DNA of 64,000 nucleotides from Anaerolineaceae bacterium. GTDB lineage: Bacteria; Chloroflexota; Anaerolineae; Aggregatilineales; Phototrophicaceae. Under the pieces are notes generated by a model, which saw only the letters and a program-made list of their open reading frames with translations, did no database searches and had not been told where the DNA came from. Location of the stretch: NCBI GenBank assembly GCA_026708325.1, contig JAPOVC010000017.1, positions 13,667 through 77,666 on the forward strand, written 5' to 3'. This document shows positions 36,135 to 46,875 of this stretch, in pieces (position 1 is the stretch's first letter; the number at the start of each line of letters is the position of its first letter). A program made the position numbers and the translations under genes.

Positions 36135-37172
36135 TTAGTGGTCCGCGACCAGCGGCTCGACGCCCCATTCCTGCGCCAACCCCTGCAACATCGACCAGGT
36201 GCCCTCCGGCAGCGGGATGCCCTCGCGTTGACGCTGGCGCGTGACCCGCTCTTCCGGCTCGCCGGGCAGCAACACCAGGTCCTGCCCCTCCGCCGGCCGA
36301 ATCCTGTGCGCGTTCTCGCGTAGCTCGTCGGCCAGGGCCATGAAGTCCTCCAGCTCGCCGAAATGCTCGATCGACAGCGCCAGCATCAACGTGGGGTTGA
36401 CAGCCGGGTCGGCGCCCTCCGCCCCCGAGGGCAGGGTCCCGGCCAGCAACACCGGAATCAGGGCCATCATCAGGTTCAGGCCATAGCCCTTGTAACTGCC
36501 GAAAGGCAACAGCATGCCGCCCTCAAAGAGCTTGTCGGGATCGCGCGTCGGCTGTCCCTCCGAATCCAGTACCCAGCCCTCCGGGATGGGCTCGCCACGG
36601 TCGCTGTAGACGAGCAGTTTGCCCGCCGCCACAATCGAGGTGGCGAAGTCCAGCACCATTGGCCCGCGCCCCGTCGGCACGCCCCAGGCCATCGGATTCG
36701 TGCCCGTAGCGGGTTCGCGCCCGCCCCAGGGCACCACCTGGGTCCCGGGACAGCCCACCATCACCAGGCCCACCAGGCCCTCGTCGGCCAGCCAGGCGGC
36801 ATATTCCCCCAGGCGTCCGATGTGATTGCAGTTGGTGAGCGCGACCGCCGCCACACCGTGTTCGCGCGCAAGACCGCGCAATTGCGCCATTCCATATCGC
36901 GCCCCGACCTGGCCGTAGCCGCGACGGCAGTCGATCACTGCGATGGCCCCGTAACGATGTTTGATGCGCGGCCGCATCGCGGGCTGAATGGCGCCGCCCT
37001 TCACCTGGCGCAAATAGGCCTCATGCCGCAGGACGCCATGCGAATCATGGCCAGTGAGGTTGGCCCGCACCAGCGTTTCCGCCACGTAATCGGCGATGTC
37101 CGGCGGCGCGCCGGTGGCCCGGTAGAGGCGACCTGAAAAGTCCGTCAGTTGCTCCGCGCTGACCCGTGGCAT
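36135..37172 (-). CDS. Ldh_2-family oxidoreductase (second copy in the window)
   Basis: ORF 36135..37835 trimmed to the ATG at 37172 (MPRVSAEQLTDF...). Motifs NLTGHDSHGV, NCNHIGRLGEYA and LPFGSYKGYGL. The 221-codon Gly/Arg-rich N-terminal extension overlaps murQ and is rejected. Confidence 0.85.
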   Translation of the reverse strand: MPRVSAEQLTDFSGRLYRATGAPPDIADYVAETLVRANLTGHDSHGVLRHEAYLRQVKGGAIQPAMRPRIKHRYGAIAVIDCRRGYGQVGARYGMAQLRGLAREHGVAAVALTNCNHIGRLGEYAAWLADEGLVGLVMVGCPGTQVVPWGGREPATGTNPMAWGVPTGRGPMVLDFATSIVAAGKLLVYSDRGEPIPEGWVLDSEGQPTRDPDKLFEGGMLLPFGSYKGYGLNLMMALIPVLLAGTLPSGAEGADPAVNPTLMLALSIEHFGELEDFMALADELRENAHRIRPAEGQDLVLLPGEPEERVTRQRQREGIPLPEGTWSMLQGLAQEWGVEPLVADH

Positions 37173-37174
37173 CG

Positions 37175-38086
37175 CTACCCTCTTTCCCCCTGCAACTCCA
37201 GCGCCGCGCGCAGTACGCCGTCGCAGGCCTCCAGCCGCACCCGCGCCGTCTCGGCGTCCAGGCCGCTGCGCGCCATCAGCACCGCCTGCTTGACCGACTG
37301 CCCCGTCGCTTCCAGCAATGCCGCCGCCCGCTCCTCGCCGACGCCTCCCAGTTGCGCCACCATGCGTCGCGCCCGCGCCGCCAGTTTCGCATTGCTGACG
37401 CGCAGGTCCACCATCAGGTTGTCGTGCACCTTGCCAAGGCGAATCATGGCCGCCGTGCTCAGCATGTTGAGCACCATCTTCTGCGCCGTGCCGGCCTTGA
37501 GCCGCGTGGAGCCCGCGATCAGTTCCGGTCCGGTCACGGCGGCGATGCCGATCTCCGCCAGGTCCAGCAGGGGCGCCGGCGCGCTGCAACTGATGCCCGT
37601 CGTGAAAGCGCCCGCCTCCCCCGCATACGCCAGGGCGCCCAGCACGAAGGGCGTGCGTCCGCTGGCGGCGATGCCGACCACCGCGTCGCGCGCCGTCAGG
37701 TCCAGCGCCTGCAGGGCCTTCGCCCCGTCCTCCGCGCTGTCCTCCGCGCCTTCCACGGAACGCGTCAGGGCGCCTGCGCCGCCCGCCAGCACCCCCTGCA
37801 CCTGCTCCGCCGGCGCGCTGAAAGTCGGGCCGCATTCCACGGCGTCCAGCACGCCGAGGCGACCGCTGGTGCCCGCGCCGACGTAGATCAGCCGTCCGCC
37901 GTTCCGCAGGCTTGCAGCGATGCAGTCGGCCGCCCGCGCCACCTGGGGCAGCGCGTCTTTCACCGCGGCGGCGACCCCTGCGTCTTCCGCGTTCATCTGG
38001 GTGACGATGTCCAGCGTCGACATGCGGTCGAGGCCGCGGCTGGCCGGGTTCGCCGCTTCTGTGTGCCTGACGGGTTCGGACGCCAT
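37175..38086 (-). CDS. murQ: N-acetylmuramic acid 6-phosphate etherase (SIS domain)
   Basis: 303 aa. GLDRMSTLDIV, the SIS motif YVGAGTSGRLG, and GSTRLKAGTAQKMVLNM, all typical of MurQ. Confidence 0.8.
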   Translation of the reverse strand: MASEPVRHTEAANPASRGLDRMSTLDIVTQMNAEDAGVAAAVKDALPQVARAADCIAASLRNGGRLIYVGAGTSGRLGVLDAVECGPTFSAPAEQVQGVLAGGAGALTRSVEGAEDSAEDGAKALQALDLTARDAVVGIAASGRTPFVLGALAYAGEAGAFTTGISCSAPAPLLDLAEIGIAAVTGPELIAGSTRLKAGTAQKMVLNMLSTAAMIRLGKVHDNLMVDLRVSNAKLAARARRMVAQLGGVGEERAAALLEATGQSVKQAVLMARSGLDAETARVRLEACDGVLRAALELQGERG

Positions 38087-38096
38087 GACCCGGCGT

Positions 38097-40820
38097 TCAG
38101 CCCGTCGTCTTCATGCCGGCCGCGATGCCGCTGATGGTCGCCAGCACCTCGCGCAGCACGACTTCCTGGCCGGGCCCCTCCGGTTCGGCGCGCAGTTCCT
38201 GCAGCAGGGCCACCTGGATGAAATTCAGCGGGTCGACGTAGGGGTTGCGGCGTTCGATGGACAGGCGGATGACCGGGTTGCTGTCCAGCAAACTGTCCTG
38301 CTCGCTGACCGCGCAAAGCAGGCGCCGCGTGCGTTCGTGCTCAACCTCGATGCGCCGGAAATAACGCTCGCGCAGCGCAGCGTCCGCCACCAGTTCGCGC
38401 GCATAGAGCCCGGCGATGCCCAGGTCCGCCTTGGCCACGTCCAGCTGCGCGTTTTCCAGCACGGCGTTGAAGAAGGGCCAGCTGCGGTACATCTCGCGCA
38501 GCAGCTCCAGCCCGCCCGCTTCGCGTTTGCACCAGGTCTCGAGGGCATGGCCCACGCCAAACCAGCTGGGCACAATCGCCCGGCTCTGCATCCAGGAAAA
38601 GGTCCAGGGGATGGCGCGAATCGCGCCGAATCCGCCGGCGGCGCTGCGTTTGGCGGGGCGCGAACTGATGGGCAGGCGCGCCAGTTCGCCAATGGGCGTG
38701 GCCTGCTGCCAGAAGGTCAGAAAGTCCTCGCTGCCGTAGACGAAATCGCGCCAGGCCTGCTGGCCCAGTTCCGCCAGTTCGTCCATGGCGCTCATCCAGA
38801 CCGCTTCCACCTGGGTCTCCTGCGGCGCGCCCAGCGCCAGCATCATGGCGTGCATCACCTGGTGCAAATGCCGCCGACCGATGTCGCGGTTGCCATAGCG
38901 GTAGGCGATGACCTCGCCCTGCTCGGTGATCTTTGTGCCGTAGGTCAGGGACCCGGGCGGCAGGGCGCGAATCGCCAGATTGGTGGGGCCGCCGCCGCGG
39001 CTGATGCTGCCGCCGCGCCCGTGAAAGAGTTGCAGGGCGATGCCCCGTTCGGCGCAGGTCTCGGTCAACTCCTGCTGCGCGCGGTACAAATGCCAGTTGG
39101 AGGCCAGGTAGCCGCCATCCTTGCTGCTGTCGGAATAGCCGACCATCACCTGCTGGTGCAGGCCGCGGCGTCGGCCCCGCGCCTGCAGGTGACGCTGCCA
39201 GGCCTCGTTGGCGAAGAGCGCGCGCATGATCGCCGGGCCGTCACGCAGGTCGTCGATCGTCTCGAAAAGCGGCACCAGTTCCAGGTCCTCGTCGACGCCG
39301 ACCTCGCTGGCCAGCAGCAACATGGCCAGCATGTCACTCGGCGCCTGACTCATGCTGCCGATGAAGGTGTCGATGACGATCGTGCCATAAAGCGTATGCG
39401 CCTGGGCCACCATGCGCCAGGCGCGAATAACGCGCTGCGTGTCTTCGGAAAAGGGTCGGATGTCCACCGGGAAGAAGGGGCGCGGATTGGCGATCTCGCG
39501 CGTCAACAGGGCCTGCTTCGCCTCCTCATCCAGGCCCTCGTAATCATTCTCGATGCCATAGTGGCGGAAAAGCTCGGCCAGCGCCGCGCGCTGCAAGCCG
39601 GCGTCCTCGCGCAGTTCCAGCGGCACCAGATGCAGGCCAAAGAGCCGTATCTTGCGAATCAGACGCAGCAGGGAGCCATTGGCGACGTGGCGGCTGTCAT
39701 TGGCCAGCAGGCTGTTGCGGATGCGCTCCAGTTCAGCGATCAGTTCGCGGCTGTCCTGGTAGCCCTCCGGCAGGTCGTCGCGGGTCGCCTGCAGGCGGCG
39801 CCGGACTCCCTCCAGCAACTGTCGCCAGGGCTGGCCCGGCCAGAGCGCCTCCAGGGCTGCTGCATCCGCCTGGCGGGCCAGCGCCTCCTGCAGGTCCACC
39901 AGGTCATGGTCCGGCCTGATCGCCTGGGTCAGTTGCTCCTGCAGCAGCGCCACCTCACGCAGCCACACCTCCAGCGCCGTCTGACGCAGGGTCGCCAGGG
40001 TCTGCATCGTAATGTCGGCGGTGACGTTGGGGTTGCCATCGCGGTCCGCGCCGATCCAGGAGGCGAAGCGCAGCAGTCCCTGCGGCTGCGACCAGTCGGC
40101 CTCCGGAAATTCCTCATCGAGGCTGCGGATCAGGTCCTCGTAGACGTCAAGCACCACGTCCATGATGACGCTGGTCAGATAGTAAAGGCCGAAGTCGACC
40201 TCGTCCATCACCGTCTTGCGCGTGCTGCGGTTGGCCGGCGTCTGCCATAACGCCTCGATCTGTTCGCGCAGCGCCTCCAGGAAGACCGCGCGTTCGCGGG
40301 GCGGAAAGTCCTCACGGTCATGGCGGTCCATCATCTCGGAGACGGCCCGCAACTTGACCAGCATCTCCTTGCGTTTGGCCTCGGAGGGGTGTGCCGTCAG
40401 CACCAGACGCACGCGCAACTGGTCGAAAATGGCGGCCATGTCTTCCGCCTGCAGGCCGGCCCGGTGCAGGCTGCGCACAGCATCGGCCAGCGACTCGCGC
40501 ACGATGCTGCCGCGCTCGCGTTGCCGCAGGACGCGGGCGCGCTGGATGTCCTCGGCGATATTGATCAACTGAAAGTAATTGCTGAAGGCCCGGACGAGAA
40601 TCTCCCGCTCTTCCGGCCCCAGCGCGAGGACGCGTTGCCACAACTCATCCAGAAGCGCCGGGTCATCCTCGTCCCGGCGCCGGATGGCCAGTTTGCGGAT
40701 GGTTTCGACCAGGCGCAGGGCCTCCGCTCCGTGCTGCTCGACGATCATTTCGCCCAGCAGATTGCCCAGCAAATGGATGTCGCGGCTCAGCGCGCTTTGA
40801 CCTTCGCCGGTCCGGCTCAT
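38097..40820 (-). CDS. ppc: Phosphoenolpyruvate carboxylase
   Basis: 907 aa. VLTAHPSEAKR (the TAHPTE-type motif), GYSDSSKDGG, FHGRGGSISRGGGP and the C-terminal ..GMKTTG. The antisense ORF 37920..40250 is rejected. Confidence 0.95.
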   Translation of the reverse strand: MSRTGEGQSALSRDIHLLGNLLGEMIVEQHGAEALRLVETIRKLAIRRRDEDDPALLDELWQRVLALGPEEREILVRAFSNYFQLINIAEDIQRARVLRQRERGSIVRESLADAVRSLHRAGLQAEDMAAIFDQLRVRLVLTAHPSEAKRKEMLVKLRAVSEMMDRHDREDFPPRERAVFLEALREQIEALWQTPANRSTRKTVMDEVDFGLYYLTSVIMDVVLDVYEDLIRSLDEEFPEADWSQPQGLLRFASWIGADRDGNPNVTADITMQTLATLRQTALEVWLREVALLQEQLTQAIRPDHDLVDLQEALARQADAAALEALWPGQPWRQLLEGVRRRLQATRDDLPEGYQDSRELIAELERIRNSLLANDSRHVANGSLLRLIRKIRLFGLHLVPLELREDAGLQRAALAELFRHYGIENDYEGLDEEAKQALLTREIANPRPFFPVDIRPFSEDTQRVIRAWRMVAQAHTLYGTIVIDTFIGSMSQAPSDMLAMLLLASEVGVDEDLELVPLFETIDDLRDGPAIMRALFANEAWQRHLQARGRRRGLHQQVMVGYSDSSKDGGYLASNWHLYRAQQELTETCAERGIALQLFHGRGGSISRGGGPTNLAIRALPPGSLTYGTKITEQGEVIAYRYGNRDIGRRHLHQVMHAMMLALGAPQETQVEAVWMSAMDELAELGQQAWRDFVYGSEDFLTFWQQATPIGELARLPISSRPAKRSAAGGFGAIRAIPWTFSWMQSRAIVPSWFGVGHALETWCKREAGGLELLREMYRSWPFFNAVLENAQLDVAKADLGIAGLYARELVADAALRERYFRRIEVEHERTRRLLCAVSEQDSLLDSNPVIRLSIERRNPYVDPLNFIQVALLQELRAEPEGPGQEVVLREVLATISGIAAGMKTTG

Positions 40821-40946
40821 GGGCCTCCCGTCCTGCAGCAGCCTGTAATGTCGCGGTGATTATCGCGGCAGGCCTGCCCGGTCGCAAGCGTCGGGCCTGG
40901 TTACGCGGCGATGCGGGCGGCCGACGGGGAGCCCTTTTCGTATATA

Positions 40947-41036
40947 GGGGCGATTTATCAAATCGCCCGTCAGGCACGGAACGCGGGTCGCCGGTGACGC
41001 GGCGGGCGACATGATATGTCGCCCCTACGGCACAGG
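40947..41036. repeat. ~90-bp repeat unit of the GGGCGA..TCGCCC hairpin family
   Basis: GGGGCGATTTATCAAATCGCCCGTCAGGCACGG...GGGCGACATGATATGTCGCCCCTACGGCACAGG. A near-collinear copy lies at 59330..59425 and a partial copy at 41260..41345. Confidence 0.8.
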
Positions 41037-41054
41037 ACGGTCGGGGGGCGGGGC

Positions 41055-41234
41055 GCCCTCACCCTAAATCCCTCTCCCTGAGGGAGAGGGACTTTTTGCA
41101 CTGGCGGCCTGGACACGCCAGTCTCCCGGAATTGATTGGCAGTCCTGTTTTCCGGTTACTACCCTTCACGTGACTTTCACAAGATATGCTTTCTCCCCCT
41201 CTCCCTGAGAGAGAGGGGGTCGGGGGGTGAGGGC
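41055..41234. repeat. MITE-like element (180 bp) bounded by GCCCTCACCC ... GGGGTGAGGGC
   Basis: Subterminal CCCTCTCCCTGAGGGAGAGGG and CCCCTCTCCCTGAGAGAGAGGGGG hairpins flank a lower-GC interior. Confidence 0.75.
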
Positions 41235-41259
41235 CGGCGATGCGGGTCAACCACAAAAC

Positions 41260-41345
41260 GCCGTCAGGCACGGACCGCATGTCGCCGGCGACGCGTCGAG
41301 CGACTTGATATGTCGCCCCTGCGGCGCCCCTCGGTCGCGGGGCGC
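41260..41345. repeat. Partial copy of the GGGCGA..TCGCCC hairpin repeat
   Basis: GCCGTCAGGCACGGACCGCATGTCGCCGGCGACGCG...GCGACTTGATATGTCGCCCCTGCGG. Confidence 0.7.
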
Positions 41346-41393
41346 CCTCACGCCCTCACCTTCCAACGGGGCGCCAGAGGCCGCAGATCGCGT

Positions 41394-42920
41394 TCACCGG
41401 CCAACAACAGCCTGGCTGCAAAACGCCTCGCGCAGCTCGGCCTTGCGCACCTTGCCCAGCGCGTTCTGCGGCAGGGAGTCCACCAGATGCCAGACGCGCG
41501 GCACCTTGTAGGGCGCCAGACGGGCGCGGCACCAGGCCTCCAGTTGCGCCTGCCCCGGCGCCGCGCCGGCTTCGGGCACGACCAGCGCGACCACGCGTTC
41601 GCCCCATTCCTCGTCGGCGCAGCCGATGATCGCTGCGGCGCGCACGTCCGGGTGCTCGAGCAGGGCGCGTTCCACCTCCGGCGGATAGACGTTCATCCCG
41701 CCGCTGATGATCAGGTCCCTGGCCCGCCCCTGCAGCGTGAAGTATCCGTCCGGCGCGCGCTCCGCCAGATCGCCCGTGCGCAGCCAGCCATCCGCCGTGA
41801 AGGCCGCCGCCGTCTGCTCCGGCTGGTTGTGGTAGCCGGCGCAAACGTGCGGCCCGCGGATTTGCAACTCCCCCACCACGTTGTCGGGCAATGGCGCACC
41901 GGTCCGCCGGTCCACGACCCGCGCTTCCACCTCCGGCAGCGGCAGCCCCACCGAGCCGCGCCGCCGCTCGCCCCGCAGGGGGTTGGAGAGATTCATGCCA
42001 GTCTCGGTCATGCCATAGCGCTCCAGCAGGGTCACGCCGAAGCGTTGCCGCATGCCCTCGAAGAGGTCATCCGGCAGGCGGTCCGAGCCGGAGGTCATCA
42101 GGCGCAGGTGACGGAGGTCGTGACTGCGCCCGGCGGCGGCCCGGTACAGGCGTCGGTGAATGGTCGGCACGCCCATGAAGACCGAAAAGCGCCGCGACTC
42201 CAACAGCTCCAGCACGCTTACAGCGTCGAAGCGCGTTGTGAGGACGGCCGTGGCGCCGGCGCGCAGGGCGCCGTGCAGCGCCACCGTCAGGCCGTGCACG
42301 TGAAACAGGGGCAAGACGTGCAGCAGCACGTCATCCTGGCGCCAGCCCCAGGCCTCGTGCAGGGCCTCGATGTTGGCCGTCAGGTTGCCATGGGTGATGC
42401 GCGCACCTTTCGGCCGGCTGGTCGTGCCGCTGGTGTAGAGCATCATCGCCACCTGCTGCGGGTCGCGCGGCGGCGGCGGTGCTACGGGCTCGTAGCCCTC
42501 GATCTGCCGAGTGAAGGAGTCGTCGTCGCGCAGGGCGATGCAAGGCAGATCCGGGTTGGCACCCGCGATGGATGCCGCGCCCGGTTGGTCCGCTGCATGG
42601 AAAAACAGCGTCGCGCCGGAATCGGCCAGGAAATAGCGCAGTTCCGAGACCGGAAAGGCCGGGTTCAAGGGCAAATGGACCGCGCCAAGTCGGCAGATCG
42701 CCAGGTGCAGTTGCACGAAAGCCAGGCCGGTCGGCAACTGCGTCGCGGCGCAGGCGCCGGGCCGCAGACCCAGAGCCAGCAGCCAGGCCATACAGCGACC
42801 CACCTGCGTCTCAAGTTCGCCATAGCGCAGGGACTGCGGACCCGCCGGCGTCAGCAGTTCGATGGCGACCTTGTCCGGCTGAGTGAGACTGTGCTGCTGC
42901 AGCCTGTCGAGAAACAACAT
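41394..42920 (-). CDS. AMP-dependent acyl-CoA synthetase/ligase (class I adenylate-forming enzyme)
   Basis: ORF 41394..43331 trimmed to the ATG at 42920 (MLFLDRLQQHS...). AMP-binding motif MLYTSGTTSRPKG, plus YGMTETG, TGDLAE and the C-terminal GKVRK. Confidence 0.85.
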   Translation of the reverse strand: MLFLDRLQQHSLTQPDKVAIELLTPAGPQSLRYGELETQVGRCMAWLLALGLRPGACAATQLPTGLAFVQLHLAICRLGAVHLPLNPAFPVSELRYFLADSGATLFFHAADQPGAASIAGANPDLPCIALRDDDSFTRQIEGYEPVAPPPPRDPQQVAMMLYTSGTTSRPKGARITHGNLTANIEALHEAWGWRQDDVLLHVLPLFHVHGLTVALHGALRAGATAVLTTRFDAVSVLELLESRRFSVFMGVPTIHRRLYRAAAGRSHDLRHLRLMTSGSDRLPDDLFEGMRQRFGVTLLERYGMTETGMNLSNPLRGERRRGSVGLPLPEVEARVVDRRTGAPLPDNVVGELQIRGPHVCAGYHNQPEQTAAAFTADGWLRTGDLAERAPDGYFTLQGRARDLIISGGMNVYPPEVERALLEHPDVRAAAIIGCADEEWGERVVALVVPEAGAAPGQAQLEAWCRARLAPYKVPRVWHLVDSLPQNALGKVRKAELREAFCSQAVVGR

Positions 42921-43095
42921 GGTCACAAGGTGACGGCCTCCCCGCCGACCGCTGTCTGCGTCGCGCCGACCCAGGCGGATGATCCGACCGACCTGCGCGA
43001 CACCGGGCTCAATTGTATACTCCGGTCCCACTGCCCAGGTAGCGCGCCCCCCGTTCTGCCAGGAAGGCGTCGCCATAAGGCGCGCAGGAGAGGCC

Positions 43096-44109
43096 ATGTG
43101 CACAGTTCCGGTCATCGCGATCGCCATGGGCGACCCCGCCGGCATCGGCCCCGAACTCATCGTCAAGGTGCTGGCCGAAGAGGGCTGGCAGGGGCGTTGC
43201 CGGCCCTTCATCATCGGCGACCTGGCGGTCATGCGCGCCGCGGCCGCCGGCCTGGCTTCCCCGCTGCGTTTCCAGGCGATCAAGGACCTCGACGCCGCCG
43301 CTTTCGTACCCGGCCAGATCGACGTGCTCAATCCGCCCGGCCACAGCCTGGGCCCCCTTCCGCCGCCAGGGGTCCATCCCGCTCTCGGCGAGGCGGCGGC
43401 CCGCTACCTCGAACTGGCCTACCAGCTCGCGCGGCAGGCCCGCGTCGATGGCGTCGTGATGGCGCCGATGAACAAGGAGGCCTTCCGCGCCGCCGGTTAC
43501 GACTATCTTGACGAATTGCAGTACCTCGGCGCGATCACCGGCTGCGACGAGCCCTTCATTCTGGCGGCAGCGGGGCCCGTCTGGGCAGTGGCCGTCACCG
43601 AACACCTCCCCTTCCGCGACATCGCCGACCATATCACCCGCGAAGGGGTGCGGCGCAGCATCGGCAGTCTCCATCAGGTCCTGCGCCGGCTCGGCTGTGC
43701 CACGCCGCGGATCGCCTGCGCGGCGCTGAACCCGCATGGCGGCGAGGGCGGCCTCATGGGCCGGGAGGAAATCGACGTCATCGCGCCGGCCATCCTGGAG
43801 GCGCAGGCCGCCGACGTCGACGTCAGCGGGCCGGTCCCCGGCGACGTCGTCTTCAAACGGGCGCTGGATGGCGACTTCGACGGCGTGGTCTGCATGTATC
43901 ACGACCAGTTGAATATTGCCCGCAAACTGCTGGCGCGTTCGGATATCGCGACGCTGTGGATGGGACTGCCGGTCATCGGCGCCACCACGGCACACGGCAC
44001 GGCCTTCGACATCGCCGGCCAGGGCGTCGCTGACCCGGGCAGTCTGCGCGCCGCCCTGGATTACGCCATTCGCCTGGCGAGACCGTACGATGGCGGCTGC
44101 GTCGCTTAA
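43096..44109 (+). CDS. PdxA-family NAD-dependent 4-hydroxy(thre/erythr)onate-4-phosphate dehydrogenase-like protein
   Basis: ORF trimmed to the ATG at 43096, with an AGGAGAGG RBS. Motifs IAIAMGDPAGIGPE, NPHGGEGG, MYHDQ and TTAHGTAFDIAG. Confidence 0.85.
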   Translation: MCTVPVIAIAMGDPAGIGPELIVKVLAEEGWQGRCRPFIIGDLAVMRAAAAGLASPLRFQAIKDLDAAAFVPGQIDVLNPPGHSLGPLPPPGVHPALGEAAARYLELAYQLARQARVDGVVMAPMNKEAFRAAGYDYLDELQYLGAITGCDEPFILAAAGPVWAVAVTEHLPFRDIADHITREGVRRSIGSLHQVLRRLGCATPRIACAALNPHGGEGGLMGREEIDVIAPAILEAQAADVDVSGPVPGDVVFKRALDGDFDGVVCMYHDQLNIARKLLARSDIATLWMGLPVIGATTAHGTAFDIAGQGVADPGSLRAALDYAIRLARPYDGGCVA

Positions 44110-44133
44110 ACGCTTTCGCTTCCCGTCAGGATG

Positions 44134-44982
44134 TCAGACAGCGGCGGCCTCCGCACTGACGTGGGTCTCGATCCAGCCCTTCAGCGGCACGTCCACGTCC
44201 TCCGGCGAGGTGTAGCCGTAGTTGCCGGTCGGCGAGGCGCCGAAGAGTTGCTGCCGGATCGGGTCCATGCGGGCATTCAGACGCTCGTCCAGGGTGACCT
44301 CGTCGCGGGGACGCAGCCAGCGATAACTGTAGCCGTAGAACAGCACCTTGCGCGGACTGTGCCAGTGGTTGGCGCTGGTCGAGTGCCACAAACGCCGGTC
44401 GAAGAAGACCGCCGAGCCGGCCGGCACCAGCACCGGCACGCCACCGGGCAGTTCACAGCGGTGGTTGCCGCCGGGGAAGACCATGGTCTTCTGCAACTGG
44501 CTGCCCGGCACCACGAAAAAGTTGCCGCGTCCCGGCATTGAGCAGTCGGTCAGGAAGAAGCCGACCTTGAGCGAGATGCGCGGCTGCGGGTCAGTCTCCA
44601 GCTCCTGGTTGAGACGACCGCTGTCCTGATGCCAGCCGAAGCCGTGGCCCTTTTCCGGGCCCTCCGGCGGAGAAAGGTTCAGGTGCGAGTGGTAAAGCTG
44701 GATATTCCAGCCCAGCAGGCCGAAGACGCGGGCGATGGTCTTCGGCAGATCGACCAGCTCCAGCAGGGCCTCGTCGCGCCCCGCAAAGTCGTGCACGGCG
44801 ACGCGGTCGCCCGGGCCCAGTTGCTGCTCCTCACGCCGCGCGTCCACCAGGCGATCGAAGGCCGCCTCGGCCCGCTCCCGCTGTCCCGGCGTCAGGGCAT
44901 TCTCAACGATGAAATAGCCGTCCCTTTCAAAAGCCTCGCGTTCGGCCTCGCCCAACATATAGTCCAGACAACGCGTATCCAT
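44134..44982 (-). CDS. Phytanoyl-CoA dioxygenase (PhyH) family oxygenase (third in the window, divergent from copies A/B)
   Basis: 282 aa. GWHQDSG (HxD), GNFFVVPGSQ and RLWHSTSAN. Confidence 0.8.
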   Translation of the reverse strand: MDTRCLDYMLGEAEREAFERDGYFIVENALTPGQRERAEAAFDRLVDARREEQQLGPGDRVAVHDFAGRDEALLELVDLPKTIARVFGLLGWNIQLYHSHLNLSPPEGPEKGHGFGWHQDSGRLNQELETDPQPRISLKVGFFLTDCSMPGRGNFFVVPGSQLQKTMVFPGGNHRCELPGGVPVLVPAGSAVFFDRRLWHSTSANHWHSPRKVLFYGYSYRWLRPRDEVTLDERLNARMDPIRQQLFGASPTGNYGYTSPEDVDVPLKGWIETHVSAEAAAV

Positions 44983-45171
44983 GTTCTCTCCAAAAGCTCC
45001 CCGCCGCGCATGAATTGTATCCCGTCCACGCCACTATCGCCGTCGGGAGGCCGGGAGGTCCATGGTCGAGAGTCAGGGCAGTGCGCCTGGCGGGCGGGCA
45101 TTGAAGGACGCCAGGCAGGTCAGCGCCGGGTGAGTTCGGAATATCGGGCAGCGCAGCGGTCCTGCGACCGC

Positions 45172-46871
<1,700 letters not shown>

Positions 46872-46875
<4 letters not shown>

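Noticed and set aside
37173-37835. 221-codon N-terminal extension of the Ldh_2 ORF (36135..37835)
   Set aside because: The extension is Gly/Arg/Ala low-complexity sequence and completely overlaps murQ in another frame. Homology to the other Ldh_2 copy begins at the ATG at 37172.
37920-40250. 776-aa plus-strand ORF
   Set aside because: Antisense to phosphoenolpyruvate carboxylase, whose identity is unambiguous.
41136-43511. 791-aa plus-strand ORF
   Set aside because: It starts inside a repeat element, runs antisense through the acyl-CoA synthetase gene, and runs out of frame into the PdxA-like gene. The translation is Arg/Pro-rich nonsense.
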